Positions 36,030-49,456 of a stretch of DNA of 64,000 nt are shown piece after piece (position 1 is the first letter of the stretch; every line of letters begins with the position of its first letter). The notes under the pieces were generated by a model. The model did not search any database. It was not told the DNA's origin and saw nothing but the letters and a program-made list of their open reading frames with translations. Source of the stretch: Octopus bimaculoides (Eukaryota); the NCBI RefSeq assembly GCF_001194135.2, contig NC_068995.1, positions 28,638,454-28,702,453 on the forward strand, in the 5' to 3' direction. The position numbers and the translations under genes were made by a program.

Positions 36030-36427
36030 CCGAATGTTCTTTGTGTTGCCTGTCTCGTTTCTCTGTTTGTTTTTTTTCGTTGATCGAAAAAAAGTTCGTT
36101 TTCTGTGTTTTTGTTTCTCATGCTTTCGCTTCTCATTGTGTCTACGTAATTTTGATGTCCTGTAAACATATATGCATGTATATATACATGTATATGTAGG
36201 TATGTACATTTATGTATGTATATATGCATATATTTATATATTATTTATATTATTATATGATCGAACGCCACGCATCCTTTTCCAAGTTAGTTTTATCTTA
36301 ATAATTACAATGCGAACTCTTATTCTATCTCTTCTCTGTCTATCTATCTCCCTCTCTTGTTCTTCTTCCTTTCTGTTTTTCTCTCTCACCCTTTCCATAT
36401 TCTTCTCCTCTCCCCTTCACCGTTCCC

Positions 36428-36478
<51 letters not shown>

Positions 36479-36990
36479 CTTCCTCCTTGACTCTCTCGTT
36501 GCTCACACGTGACGAAAGGCCCTCCATCTTTCTTTCTTCTACTTCCTTCCTAAAGACAAGGCGTGCTTTTATCTGTCACTTCTCAAAGCTCGTTTTTCCA
36601 GCGTTCATAACTTCACATCGTCTTGGCTTAACAGCCCACATCGTTTGTTTTTACTGTTTCGTTCTCAATGTCCTGTTTTTGTTACCACTTTCACCCTCCG
36701 CAAAAAGAACTGTTTTAACGAAGTCGCGTATTGTCCTTACCTTCGAAAAGCGGAGTAGATAAAAACAGGGGACAACTGATGAAGAGAATGTTCTCTGTTT
36801 GTTTTTTTCGTTGTTCGAAAAAAAAGTTCGTTTTCTGTGTTTTTGTTTTTTTATGTTTTCGTTTCTCATTGTGTCTACGTTTTTTTTTATGTCCTGTACA
36901 CATATATGCATGTATATTTACATATATATGTAGGTATATACATATATGTATGTATATATGCATATATTTATATATTATTTATATTACACA
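36030..36990 (+). repeat. Direct repeat pair (~220 bp; 36030-36250 and 36790-36990), PLE pseudo-LTR-like
   Basis: Both units share TCTCTGTTTGTTTTTTTCGTTG.TCGAAAAAAAGTTCGTTTTCTGTG...ATGTCCTGTA.ACATATATGCATG and a TA-rich tail. Confidence 0.7.
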
Positions 36991-37443
36991 CACACACACA
37001 CACACATATATGTATAATTACTGTTGGCGATTTCTTTTCCTTCTTTGGACTTTTCCCTTTATCCTTTCCAACGAAAAGTTCAAAAGTTCAAAAAAATGGC
37101 AAACGAGAGAAGGATTTTTGGATTTTACTGCGGTCCATTATGCCTTCTTCTAATTTAAACTTTTAGTATAGCGTTCATAACCTCTCTCCCTTAATAACTC
37201 CCTGTAAACCAGCCTTCTTGTTTCTAACGGTCATTTACTTAACTATATAATGTTATAACTCGCACGTAACCTTAACATTTAGCATAAGTCTTGCTTTTGT
37301 ATGTTGGTTCCCTGACGATGAATTTATGTGCAATTCCAGCACCTCTTACTTCTTTGGAGTAGAGTGCACGTATATTTTGAAACATATGTAGGAATTAAAG
37401 GAACTTATTGTTTACATGCGTTTTGCTCCATTTATTATTATTC

Positions 37444-37481
<38 letters not shown>

Positions 37482-37768
37482 GTGGGCATGAGCGCTTGTG
37501 TGTATCGTGAAGGTCAGTATGACTTTACTCACAGTATAGAATTGGCCCATTAGAAAATGTTCCGTTGTTATTCTTAAACTTAGATAAAATTAATACACTT
37601 ATCTTAACACTACATACTTATATCATCATCTCATCATCACCATCCTCATCATCGTCGTCGTCGTCGTCCTCAACAACAACAACAATATCTTCATCATTGT
37701 ATTAACGACTTTTCTATGCTTTTCTATGGAGAAAAAGGAATTCTTATTATACACATACACATTCACAC

Positions 37769-37854
<86 letters not shown>

Positions 37855-38149
37855 CGTAAACAAGTGAGAATGGCCTGCTCAAAACAACGCTTTTCAGAAT
37901 ATTGGTTATTTATTTATCAATGCATAATGAATTACATAATTTGTTAAGAGTCTTTCAAGATGTACTCGTTGTCTTCAGCTGTTCTTAATTTGTGATTCTT
38001 TATTTTTTTGAGATGTTTTGGCTGGTAGAATATTGGAAGGTATCGTCAGGCTGGATATAATGTATTATCCTTTCTAGGTGGCTATAAATGGATTATTTAT
38101 GCTTTTGTTTCTGTCTTCGCTCTCGTTGTAAGACCGAGATTTGTATGCC

Positions 38150-38640
38150 TTCATCATTGTTATGACAAGATTTACTGAGTTTTTAAAGTATCTTTTTTTC
38201 TATCTCTCTGCTCTTGCTCTCCAGATTGCTCTCTGTTTCCAGACACACCTGGGATGCATCTTTCTGGACTAACATATCCAGGTTCTTATTACCTGTGAGG
38301 TATTTCTTTTACCTTGCTACCATAACAGAATATTTTCCCTTCAACATTTAGCAGTGATATTGTTCTGAACTGAGTGTATATTCCCCGCTCCCAACTATCA
38401 TATAATAGTTGCTTATCTTCAGGTTCCACCATGCTGATCTTTACAGTTTTTGGAGCTACTGAAGGACACTGGGACGTTTTTATACAGAAGATAGGGAATT
38501 CTGTTTGGCTCAAGTAATGATTTAGGTCTGGCTATCTGAAATTTTTAACTTCTTCCATTGTTGGTGGTTGTTATTGAACATTTCTTCTGATATTCACCAG
38601 GCTCTGGAACTCAAGGTTGTCCTTCGAAGAGACTCAGGCA
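38150..38640 (-). mobile_element. RLE-clade non-LTR RT fragment (Hero/R2-like)
   Basis: QFRTISLLNVEGKIF followed by VQKRCIPGVSG. Confidence 0.6.
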
Positions 38641-39899
38641 TATATATATATATATATATATATATANNNNNNNNNNNNNNNNNNNNNNNNNNNNNNNNNN
38701 NNNNNNNNNNNNNNNNNNNNNNNNNNNNNNNNNNNNNNNNNNNNNNNNNNNNNNNNNNNNNNNNNNNNNNNNNNNNNNNNNNNNNNNNNNNNNNNNNNNN
38801 NNNNNNNNNNNNNNNNNNNNNNNNNNNNNNNNNNNNNNNNNNNNNNNNNNNNNNNNNNNNNNNNNNNNNNNNNNNNNNNNNNNNNNNNNNNNNNNNNNNN
38901 NNNNNNNNNNNNNNNNNNNNNNNNNNNNNNNNNNNNNNNNNNNNNNNNNNNNNNNNNNNNNNNNNNNNNNNNNNNNNNNNNNNNNNNNNNNNNNNNNNNN
39001 NNNNNNNNNNNNNNNNNNNNNNNNNNNNNNNNNNNNNNNNNNNNNNNNNNNNNNNNNNNNNNNNNNNNNNNNNNNNNNNNNNNNNNNNNNNNNNNNNNNN
39101 NNNNNNNNNNNNNNNNNNNNNNNNNNNNNNNNNNNNNNNNNNNNNNNNNNNNNNNNNNNNNNNNNNNNNNNNNNNNNNNNNNNNNNNNNNNNNNNNNNNN
39201 NNNNNNNNNNNNNNNNNNNNNNNNNNNNNNNNNNNNNNNNNNNNNNNNNNNNNNNNNNNNTATATATATATATATCAATGTAATGAATGCTGCATATTTG
39301 TTTGTGAAATGAAGTGGAGATAATGTAAAAAGATTCCAGCGAGCAAATAAGAATAGATAGCTCAAAACATCTCTACATGTGTTTCAATAGCGTGGTTATA
39401 TATTTGACAATACATAATGTTTCTACCTGTCCTTCTCAATAGAAAAGTAGGTAGAAGGAGTATGGTGATGGCATTCTGCCACTGGAATTTAGGGAGTATC
39501 ACATCTGGTTTGTAGATACTGTGAAAAAGCGGAAAGAAACTGCCCGTGGGAAAGGTATAGAGAGTAAATAAATCTAGAGATATGCGCCTCGCACAAGGGT
39601 CAAAGTATTTTCATGGTGTAAGGGTAGCTACCTGCAGATCGGAGTTGGGTACAAGTGGTGTGGTTTGATTTTTGTGCAACGAAGGAGGGTGGAAATTAGT
39701 GCCTGGTCAATGCTAAAATCATGGGTGGGCACGAGCGTTTATATGTACGTTTGTAGGCGTGTGCGTGTTTGTATGTAATAAGCTGGGTGTGGCAAACCGT
39801 GTGCTAATCTCTCATAATGGTAAGAAGTGCTGAATGGCAGAAACTTTAATGTTCATGATCATTGTGCAGTCTGCCAGTATCCAAGCACATATTTCCTTT

Positions 39900-40860
39900 C
39901 ATGTGGATAAGATTGGAAAATTTCGCTTTTACAGTTTAGGTAGGTATCCGGACGAAGAGAATTCTATAGTGTAATTCTCTCAGCTAAGAACAGACTGCAC
40001 TTCCTACTACTTTTGAAGTCAGGCTTCTACCTCTCCACTTGACGCCATAACCCATTGCTCTTTCTATCATCAACCACATATGCTTGGCTTGGGCTGTAAC
40101 TTTTCGCTTTTCCTGGATATTAAAGGACTTGTAGTTGTCAAATCTCGTCTCGAAGGGACCTTCTATTGTGTTTACATATTTTCGCGTGTCCATCTGCCTG
40201 CAGGAATCCTTTTCCATTATTTCCACCTCATACACGACGGTCTCTGCTTTATTGTTAACTAGATGTGTGATGTTGCCTTTGCATGAGTATTTTATATCTG
40301 TCGCAGGTTGGGTCAACCTACTGAAATTTTCTTTATATAAGGTTTACAGCTAAATTAAACTCTTAAGTTATGTCTATTGAATATTATTCTGAATTGTTTG
40401 GGGAAAGTGTTTATCGGCTGTACGGAAAAATGTTTTATCTACACAGGTTTTAAGTTCAAAGAGAAGCGGATGTGAATCACAAAACTTTCCGGTGGCGTTT
40501 TCTCTTGGTGGATTATTTCCGGGCGTATAACTAATCTTGTCCTTAAACCTGCCGACGGTCAGGGCATCGTTGGCAGGTTAGATATTCTTCAGGTTAGAGA
40601 TTCTTCAGCTGATCTCTTTAACCAGACTCTTGAATACTGTGGCAGCATAACAAAAAGCTGTATTTATGTATGTCAGCCTCTCGATCGGTTTTCTAAAAGA
40701 CTTATAAGCACTAGATGAAGAAATCAATCAGCTTCAGGTTGGATATTACTGTGACCTTGACTCCAAGAGAATTCAAAGTAGCTTTTATGTCTTTCCTAAA
40801 CCTATTGATTGTGTGACTATTGATCCCTTATATTGCAAAAGCATACTCTCTATAGAGGCC
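39900..40860 (-). mobile_element. Penelope-like element fragment (RT thumb + C-terminal GIY-YIG-type endonuclease)
   Basis: DKHF..IFNRHNLRV.FSC, then VVYEVEI...KYVNTIEGPFETRFDNYKSF...TAQAKHMWL...VKW. Confidence 0.65.
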
Positions 40861-40989
40861 AAAACTAGTAGAGGGGAACGTATTTAGTAAAACCATGATA
40901 AAAAAAAAAACTATAAGGTTCCAATGAATCTTCTGTTACTAAAGAAGAGATGGCAAAAGTAGAAGGTTCTTGGGAAACAATTTTTTCAA

Positions 40990-42200
40990 GGAAATTATCC
41001 AGAGTGATTTGCCGCGATCCATTCTTCTGGAAAGTTCAAAAGTGTTGCATTATTGTATTAGAAAAACTTTTTATAACTCACTCAACATTCTGTAAGATAG
41101 AGTAATGCGATTTCACAATATCTGTGAATTCATGCAAGAAATCAAAATCGTCAGCTCTTCTGGTTGCATGCTTTTATTTTTGGTCTTTCTCAGAGTTCTG
41201 CATCGATCCAACTTTTTTCCGATGTTTCTTAACTTTAGTCTCTTCCTTAATGTCATCGAAGGACAGTTTCCTTCTGTATTCCTCAATCAAGTGATTTATG
41301 TCCTCTTCATTCACATTCAGGCCTATACAATTGTTCAAACATACAATCTAATCAACTACATCTCTGTCTCAAATATTTCAAACTTCTTGCACTTAGAAGA
41401 AAGCTCTCTCCATGATTTCCCTATTAAATGGATAGCATTTATAATGATGTCCCGAAAGTTTTTTAATGTCAAATAACCAGACGAAGTTGCTTCAAAACAA
41501 GTCCTGAAAAAATAATTTGTTTGAAATAATTCCTATCACCTGCTAATCAACGGGTTGTAGCAGAGGATTAGTATTGGAGTGGTAGGAAATAAAATGAAAC
41601 ACATACGGTATTTGTTTCATGTGGTTATGAAGGAGTGCTGGAACATTGTCTATAACAAGAAAAGCTAGTTTTGACTGACCCTTCTCCTTGAGATAGTTAC
41701 ACTCAGGGAAAACACATAAATAAACCACGAAGTTAATAAGTTTCTTGTAACTCAAGCTTCGTGTTGGAAGATTACTGAATATCAAACCTGTTATTGCTGA
41801 AGATCCTTGGGTTCTCTGACTGATAAAACAAGAGTGGTTTCACTTACAAATCCCTTAAAACATTAGCGCAGGGAAGTAAGGTTAGTTTGTCCTTTATCAG
41901 TGTATATTAACAAAATCTGATCCTTTGCGTGNNNNNNNNNNACGCTCACAAAACTCGGCACTATTTTTCTGCAACAACTCTTTAAAGATTTGTATAATCC
42001 CTTGCTGGCTTTAAATTTTACTGGACTAGACTCACTAACAACACTTATACTAGGAGCATCTCTCTCTAGTAGCTCGTAAAAAGATTTACCTTTCTCATAA
42101 ATAAATTACTTCACTCACTGAATCACTAGTTAGTTGTTTTTCTCTCAAGCATACTAGTAAAATATTTGCGTGACACAAATATACCTACCGATATAGGTTT
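40990..42200 (-). mobile_element. pogo/Tigger transposase remnant
   Basis: KFKASKG (CENP-B HTH), LVIDNVPA...NTNPLLQPVD (DDE_1), AIHLIGKSW. Confidence 0.75.
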
Positions 42201-42954
42201 TAGCTGCCTAAAAAGTTTTTCAAGGTGGTAAAGATTATAGATTTGGTCAATCCGTATTCCGTGTTAACATGGATTAAAATTACACCAATTTCTCTCCCAG
42301 AAATATTAAAAAAGATTTCCACAGTAATATTCTTCCGAAAAGTTTTTCCTTTCTGCATAGTGAATATTTTTCTATAAAAAGTCGATCTTCTGTTAATTAA
42401 AATTTTAATTCGCGATTTTTTCTGAAAAGCGTTCGTTCACATGATTTTATTTATTGCCACATCATTGAAAAAGTGTTCACTGTTATGATTTTTCGTTTCT
42501 ACAGATGCTCGTTATCAAAGAGTCAACTGTACTGGGTTGATATGATCAACGATATCTCTGAAGGTGGGGACCTATTATATATACTTACTCATATTATCAA
42601 TAATTGTTAGTAATGATCATATAATAAGGTATATATTCTTGGCACCCAACCTTTATTAATGATAGTAAATAAATTCAAAATATTCAAAATGTCATACAAG
42701 TGTCTTTCGATAAAAGAAACGGATTGATACTCGGCTATATCACCAATATCGTAGAGCCTTAAGCGAACTCATCATCTGGAATCAGGTAAAGAAATGAAAC
42801 TGGATTCATTCCAATTTATCCCAACCCTGATGGTATTGCTGAACGACCTGTTATTCACTCAGTCTTTCTTCAGTCACCTCAGGATTCTTTGAAAAGTTAC
42901 TCGTATCACCTATGCATCTGCACCAACATACCTAACATCAATCAGATCGATGTA

Positions 42955-44191
42955 TTAGGTCATCTCATAAACAATGTTGTTTTGTTTATACTTCTTTTAT
43001 TTTTCAAAATTAGAATAATCAAAAGTTCTTTTTTAATCTAAAATATATTCTCCTTCATTGTCTACAATGCTCTACCATCTATCTGGTAGACTTGCAAGGC
43101 CCCTCTTCCAAAATTCACTTGTCTGTGACGAAAAATACTCCTCCACCACTGTTCTATACCTCGTCTACAGAATTCATATTTTCTGTCCGACGAATATCGT
43201 AGATCGGGCATCGTTTCCCATTCAAACTGCTCCAGCCTTTAGAATGTCATCCTCGCTGTATGTGACCGAGCATTATCCTGATGGAAGAAAACCTTTCGTC
43301 TTGAAAGCAAAGGTGGTCGTTTTCCTTCTAGCGATAACTTAAGCCGCTCAAGTTGCTCGCAGTAGATCTCCTTTGTTACCGTTTGGTTTGAGTTTAAAAG
43401 TTCAAAGTGAACTAAACCTTTCATATTCCACCAAACAAATAACAACACATTATGTGGGTGAAGACCTTTAGCCTAAGGTGCCGGTGTTTCTCCTTTCCTT
43501 ACCCACTGTCTTCAGTACTTGACATTTTTATAAAGAAGCCAATTCTTGTCACCAGTCATTGTACAGTCCAGAAAAGGTTCATTTGTGAGACGTGACAGGA
43601 AAGAAGAGCACGCATTCACTCTCTGCGCGCCATTAGACTCGCAAAGTTTGTGAGGAACCCATTGACCCAATTTGCTCACTTTTCCGATGGCATGCAGGAG
43701 TCGATGAATGCTTGAATGACCAAATCCAAGCTTCTCTGCTAGTTCCTCAATAGTTACGATGTGATCTTGTTACACCAGGGTTTGTCAGACGTCCTCGTCG
43801 AGCTCTACAGTTCTTCCAGGACGAGGCTCGTCTTCTAGGCTGTAGTTTCTGGCTCGGAATTTCTGGAACCACCGTTGACACTGCATTACACTTATTGTCC
43901 GACCCTCATATACTGCATTAATATTCCTTGCACTTTCCGTTGCGCTGTTGCTTTTATTGTACTCATAAAGCAAATTATGCTGAATATGCTCCTTTGTCAC
44001 TTCCATTATAACTTTAAAAAATAACTGTTAAAATCTAACTGCACTCTTCAAAACTTGTAATAAGAATAAGGGCAAGGGTAATTACTATCTGCTTTTATTG
44101 CAAGTTGATACAGGTAGTTTATCCCATTCCCCTCCGACTTTTAGTTCATGTAATTGAAAAAAAAAGCTGCATTATTTATGGGATGACCCAA
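42955..44191 (-). mobile_element. Full-length mariner with both TIRs and TA TSD; transposase disrupted
   Basis: TA|TTAGGTCATCTCATAAACAATG and CATTATTTATGGGATGACCCAA|TA; WVPH, VWWNMKG, FHQDNARSH; stops, frameshifts and a deletion across the SPDIAP region. Confidence 0.93.
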
Positions 44192-44721
44192 TAGTTAACG
44201 TTTCTCTTGAACAGTTATAAGTCGATAGCTGCAGAAAAAGATTTGCAGGGAATAAATTTCTTCGATTGACGTTCTGAGCATGGAGATTAGTGCGGGCTCG
44301 GGAAAGAGAACTAAGTACAGATGATGTTGGGTGGAAAGACAAGTGATTAGTTCCTGGCCAACTTTAATTAAAAACACCTTTCATCACAGACAGTTCAAAC
44401 ATAATCTTCTCGTCTTTGTATAGGTACGAAAAACTATATTAACAAGTGTGTCTTTTTATTTTTCAAGATAGTGGGTTGTGATATGTGGGAGATTTGACTG
44501 CTATATTTAACAGATTGAGTTAATACATAAAGGTTTCATCTTTGACTACATAGTTTGATCTTGTAGTTATTTTATCTAATGTTGTCTATGTTCCGGTGAA
44601 CTTACGATTAAAGGTACTCCAGCCATGACCACACTGTCTTTTTCTCATATGCAGCAAAGAACCCAGGTTCACATTAGTTAACGTTTCCTTTTCCAACGGT
44701 GGGATATAATTTGAAGGTGAT

Positions 44722-44760
44722 TTGGCTGCTATTTCTAGCAGGTAGAGTGATCCCCCCATT
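44722..44760 (+). repeat. Unclassified dispersed repeat (TTGGCTGCTATTT core)
   Basis: Related motifs at ~6127, ~7006, ~44484 and ~52732. Confidence 0.6.
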
Positions 44761-44916
44761 GGTTACACGGCTGATATACGAAGGTGATTGCAGCTGACTA
44801 AATGTCCTCCTTCCCTCATAGTACACAGACAACCAAGAAACTATTATTCTTGTCCTTGTCAGTTCACACATTCACAGTATACACATGGCGACAGATCGGC
44901 ACACACATACACGCAC

Positions 44917-44917
44917 A

Positions 44918-45008
<91 letters not shown>
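44917..45008. repeat. (CA)n microsatellite
   Basis: Directly visible. Confidence 0.97.
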
Positions 45009-45010
<2 letters not shown>

Positions 45011-47224
45011 AAACGATAAGTATATACATTGAATTTTTTTTATATGTGTACAGTATCTGATTCGAGCACAAGAGATCTAGAATAAATAACGTGTAAACAA
45101 GATAAGCTGACTGGACTGAGGGTGCTCTGAAAATATCACTGACTGTCCTGGAAATACTTTTAAGAGTGTTATAGCTGCACATGACCGATGGGGCGAGTGT
45201 ACGTGAGAGGCAAAATATCTATTTGCCCTACTTTACTTTTTAGCATAGTGTTGTTGCATATCATTACATGTTCCTTACTAAGCAATGTAGTAGTTATACC
45301 AATACATGCCAAGGTTAATTCGGTACAAGTATATAAGTTGTTTAGGCTCAGATGATTCCTGATAATGTAAAGCTACGATTAAAGATATTGCAGTTTTGAT
45401 AATACAATCTTTTCGTATATATAGGATTATAGTGTTCCAATATATTCTTCGCTTCTTTGCAACAATAGAATTTGATAGGAGGGAGATTCTAGCTGTTATG
45501 TATCGAAGGGCGAATGACAAATAGAAGCGTCCATATTGACTCGTTATCCCCGAAGGTGTTTCGAAATGCAGTAAATTCCTTCGACATTTCCCCTCGTTTA
45601 CATAGTTATAATAACGCAAGAGTTGTGCACTAATATCGTAAAGTACATCTTAAACTCTAAGAGGGTTTGATTCAAGAAATAAATGACTCTTCCTTCATTG
45701 TTTCAAGCAATATTCGGAAAGGATCTTGTTAGGTGGATGGGCTGAGTCTATCTACCTAACCACAGATATGTCACATTAGCTGCTGTTTAATTCATTCGGT
45801 CATTATTTACCGTCTACGTGCCCCGCCTTAAATGTGAGTCTTAAAACGCTTCAGATAACTAATGTACGTCTTGTATCTTGTTTATTGATTTCGGAAAGCA
45901 GAAACCCTATAACGAGTACTTATTGTGAAATAAATGGCTAAGTGGATTAGGTTCTTGATAACATTTTCATAGTATCTACCAATGGTAATGATGATGATGA
46001 TGATGATGACGACGGCGACGATGATGATGGCGATGGTGAGGATAAAGATGACGACGATGATGGCGATCACAGAAATAACAATATTTTCACTATATCCGCT
46101 ATATGTACTATATTTAGACACACCGTTGTCATGTAATAAGTGATACACAAACACACACAAACGCACATACGCACGCACACATACACACACATGATTTATA
46201 TATATATATTTGATGTATCAACTTCTGACATGACAATCTGGAAACGTAGGACATTATCAAGGAATATTCTTGAGTTGCATTTATTGAGTTAATGAATTGA
46301 AGACTTTAAAATTAAAATATTTGTAAATTGGAAAGAAAAGTATCTGGAGAATAAAATTAATTTATTTTGTGCATTTAGTCACTGAATTTGTACATTGAAA
46401 GTTTATTTATCATTCAAACCCTATTGCAGAACTCTTCTTATTGTCAAAAAAAAAAAAAGATAAAGTTTCTTTTAAAAATTAGTAGAGTGTCTTCTTTTTA
46501 GGTCTTTTGGTGTGGTGTAACCTCTGGAAACCTCTCAATAATTTTGATGTAACATTGTCTTTTGCGCGATATTTCGTCTCTTATGGTAGTTGATATTCTT
46601 TTCCAGAAAGATATTAACTATTAGCTGTGGTTCTTGTGATGTGTCTCTTGGATTAGCAGTTCGAAATGAACAAAGTATGTCTTGAAAGTTTCCCTGTTTC
46701 TTGTTGATTTTATTTTTTTTGTCACTGGTGTTGGAAATTTAGTAAAGTTGCTGTTATCTTTAAACTCTCAAAATCAAAATCATCAATTCCCATAAATATT
46801 CATAATGATTTAATATAAAAGAAACTGCAAATCGCTCTAAGGCGACAATTAATCACAAATTTCTATAATTTCGAACGGCTTGTTGTAGACCCGCATATAT
46901 TTTATGATATTTGGTTAAACCTTGACGTTTGCACAAACGGCATACAAATAGAGAAACAAATCATATAATGGATTTCGTGTTGAAATTCTACATCCCTTAA
47001 GGTCTTCTCATACTAAATTAGTTGCATCGAGTCAGATGTTTTGTGGTTGCATAAAAATGATAGCCGAACAACTCAATAAATACAACTCAAGAATATTCCT
47101 TGATAATGTCCTACGTTTCCATATTATCGATGGAGCATTACGAAAACAAGTTTAACTAGTATTTTGACCAAAGATACAGCAGAAAGAGTGCAGTAGAATA
47201 ATGATAATTTTGACTTGAATAATA

Positions 47225-47431
47225 ATAATAACAGTTTCAAATTTTGGCACAAAGTCAGAAATTTAGAGGAGGGCAAGTCGATTACATCGACCCCAAAGTT
47301 CAACTGGTACTTATTTTACCGACTCGAAAGGCAAAGTCGACCTCTGCGGAATTTGAACTCAGAACATAAAGCGGGACGAAATGCCGCTATGCATTTTGCC
47401 CGGCGTGCTAACGATTATGCCAACTCGCCTC
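47225..47431 (-). mobile_element. SINE family A, full length, abutting (TAA)n at 47432-47507
   Basis: Reverse complement of the 7330-7530 family. Confidence 0.9.
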
Positions 47432-47450
47432 CTTAATAATAATAATAATG

Positions 47451-47507
<57 letters not shown>

Positions 47508-47921
47508 GTCTAATCTGTTGTGTGTTTATATGGAAAAAAGTTTTAATAGAGCCATAACTATTAAACATTAAATTCCAGACTATTTCTTATAAGAGCTCCG
47601 TAGTGTTACAATTTATACATAGCAACAATTAAGCAAACAGCTACCTATTTGTTCTTATACGCCCAACATACTCATTAGGCGTGGCGAATGAATTATAGCT
47701 GCGGAGAATTTCAGAACAAATCTACTTCCATAGAAAATAATCTCTGTTTACGCAACTCATATTTACACTAGCATACACTCTTCCATAAACTCTTTTAACT
47801 ACACCCATACAAATTATTAATTAACCCAAAATTAATTCTAGATCATGGGAAACAGGAAATTCTGTCTACGCAGATTGGTTCTGTTCTTTACACAATCAAA
47901 CATTTTATCTATTATCTATAG

Positions 47922-48986
47922 ATGTCTTTTAACAGCATTTTCCCCTTTATTACAGAAAAGATTCCAGAAAAGGTACCCAAAAATATTCATAGTACAGAAA
48001 AGCTTCGTAGACGGAATCTAATATTTGACGAGGAGCATTTTGAAGATGTTTTCCTGCGATGTCTTATATGCAGAGAAGTATTTAATGAATCAGAAAAACT
48101 GCCCAAGACACTACCATGCCACCACTCGTTCTGTTTGCACTGTTTCTTGCAAATGTTCCGCGTTGAAGGAGAATATCGACAGTCATTGAGCTCAGCTTTC
48201 CGAAGTATGCCACGGGCTGTTAAAATCCAATGTCCTTCATGTCGAGATAGTATAATCGCTTCAGAAGATGACTTACGTCGATTGCCGAACGACCACACTG
48301 TGCTAGAGTTGATTAACTTTGTACGGGAAACCGGCATCAACGATATATCATACTGTGCCAAACACCAACTGCAGCCTCTCAACTTCTTTTGTGAGCCGTG
48401 TGCAATCCCCGTGTGCTGTGACTGTACCGTCCTGGACCACAAAAACACAAACGGGCACAACGTAATGAACATAACGGAGGCCCTCAGTAAATACACACCA
48501 ATTATCAATGACACAATTACTGAAATGGAGAAAAGTAAGCAGGAATATCTCTTCAAAAGAGCTCAAATCGAGCAGTCAATGAAACATTTGAGCCAAATGG
48601 AAACACAGGTAACTGACGAAATTAAATTGACCTTTCAAAAGCTACGTCATATGATTGACGAAAGGGAGCGCGATATTTTGTCCATGTCCGAGCAGGAAAT
48701 GAATCGGAAACGTCAAAATCTCATGGACAATTTTAAGAAGATAATAGAGCGTGAAGAATGTATGATGGATCAAATGAAAGAGTTAGAAATAGCCAAAGAA
48801 GCAAATGACATAAGTCAGATGTTTACGTCACATCAAGCAGCGCAAAACACTCTCTCAACTCCGCTTCAACTTCCGCACATCACAAACGATAACTTTGGTG
48901 TGTCGTTTCACTTTGAAGCCTATAAACATCGACGAGTGATGCAGGATCTCCTGAACTTTGGACATTTAATGGTATTGTCCTCTTAA
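47922..48986 (+). CDS. TRIM/RBCC E3 ubiquitin ligase-like protein (RING-HC, B-box type 2, coiled coil); true 5' end may be a spliced exon starting at 47956
   Basis: Uninterrupted 354-codon ORF. RING C-x2-C-x15-C-x-H-x2-C-x2-C-x29-C-x2-C (48060-48242); B-box CAKH-x7-CEPC-x4-CCDC-x4-H-x5-H (48354-48460); heptad-rich helix; ends ...LLNFGHL. Confidence 0.92.
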   Translation: MSFNSIFPFITEKIPEKVPKNIHSTEKLRRRNLIFDEEHFEDVFLRCLICREVFNESEKLPKTLPCHHSFCLHCFLQMFRVEGEYRQSLSSAFRSMPRAVKIQCPSCRDSIIASEDDLRRLPNDHTVLELINFVRETGINDISYCAKHQLQPLNFFCEPCAIPVCCDCTVLDHKNTNGHNVMNITEALSKYTPIINDTITEMEKSKQEYLFKRAQIEQSMKHLSQMETQVTDEIKLTFQKLRHMIDERERDILSMSEQEMNRKRQNLMDNFKKIIEREECMMDQMKELEIAKEANDISQMFTSHQAAQNTLSTPLQLPHITNDNFGVSFHFEAYKHRRVMQDLLNFGHLMVLSS

Positions 48987-49311
48987 TTGATCTGCTCATT
49001 TCACTTCTATACGTTTATAGAACTAACGGCAAATTTATCAGTTATTTTCTTTTAACTAATTACAAAAATGCCTCACAGAGTCATATCTGTGTGTGTTTGT
49101 ACATGTCTGTGGTGTGACATTCTGGTGAAAGTAATTTATTGGTGTGAGATTGTAAAAATTAGTAATCACTGAACTTTAGAAATGGTCGTCACAGTTTAGT
49201 AGAGTTTGTAACACAACGACAGGAAATCATTTGTGGCTGAGTGAAATCACTGATTCAACGTAATTAGCGATTAACTGTAATTGACGATGAGAGATGACAG
49301 ATATTTTTGAA

Positions 49312-49375
49312 GAGAGAGAGTGAGAGAGAGAGAAAGAGAGAGAGAGAGTGAAAGAGAGAGAGAGAGAGAGAGAGT

Positions 49376-49453
<78 letters not shown>
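49312..49453. repeat. (GA)n microsatellite
   Basis: Directly visible. Confidence 0.97.

Positions 49454-49456
<3 letters not shown>

Noticed and set aside
36778-36840. CTGATGA box as a hammerhead core
   Set aside because: Could not build a consistent stem II plus GAAA plus stem III register; comparison with the 36030 copy suggests an internal deletion.
45278-45619. 113-aa minus ORF
   Set aside because: AT-rich composition, no domain motif, no clear splice signals.
47987-48556. 189-aa minus-strand ORF
   Set aside because: Antisense shadow of the TRIM coding sequence with no recognisable motifs.
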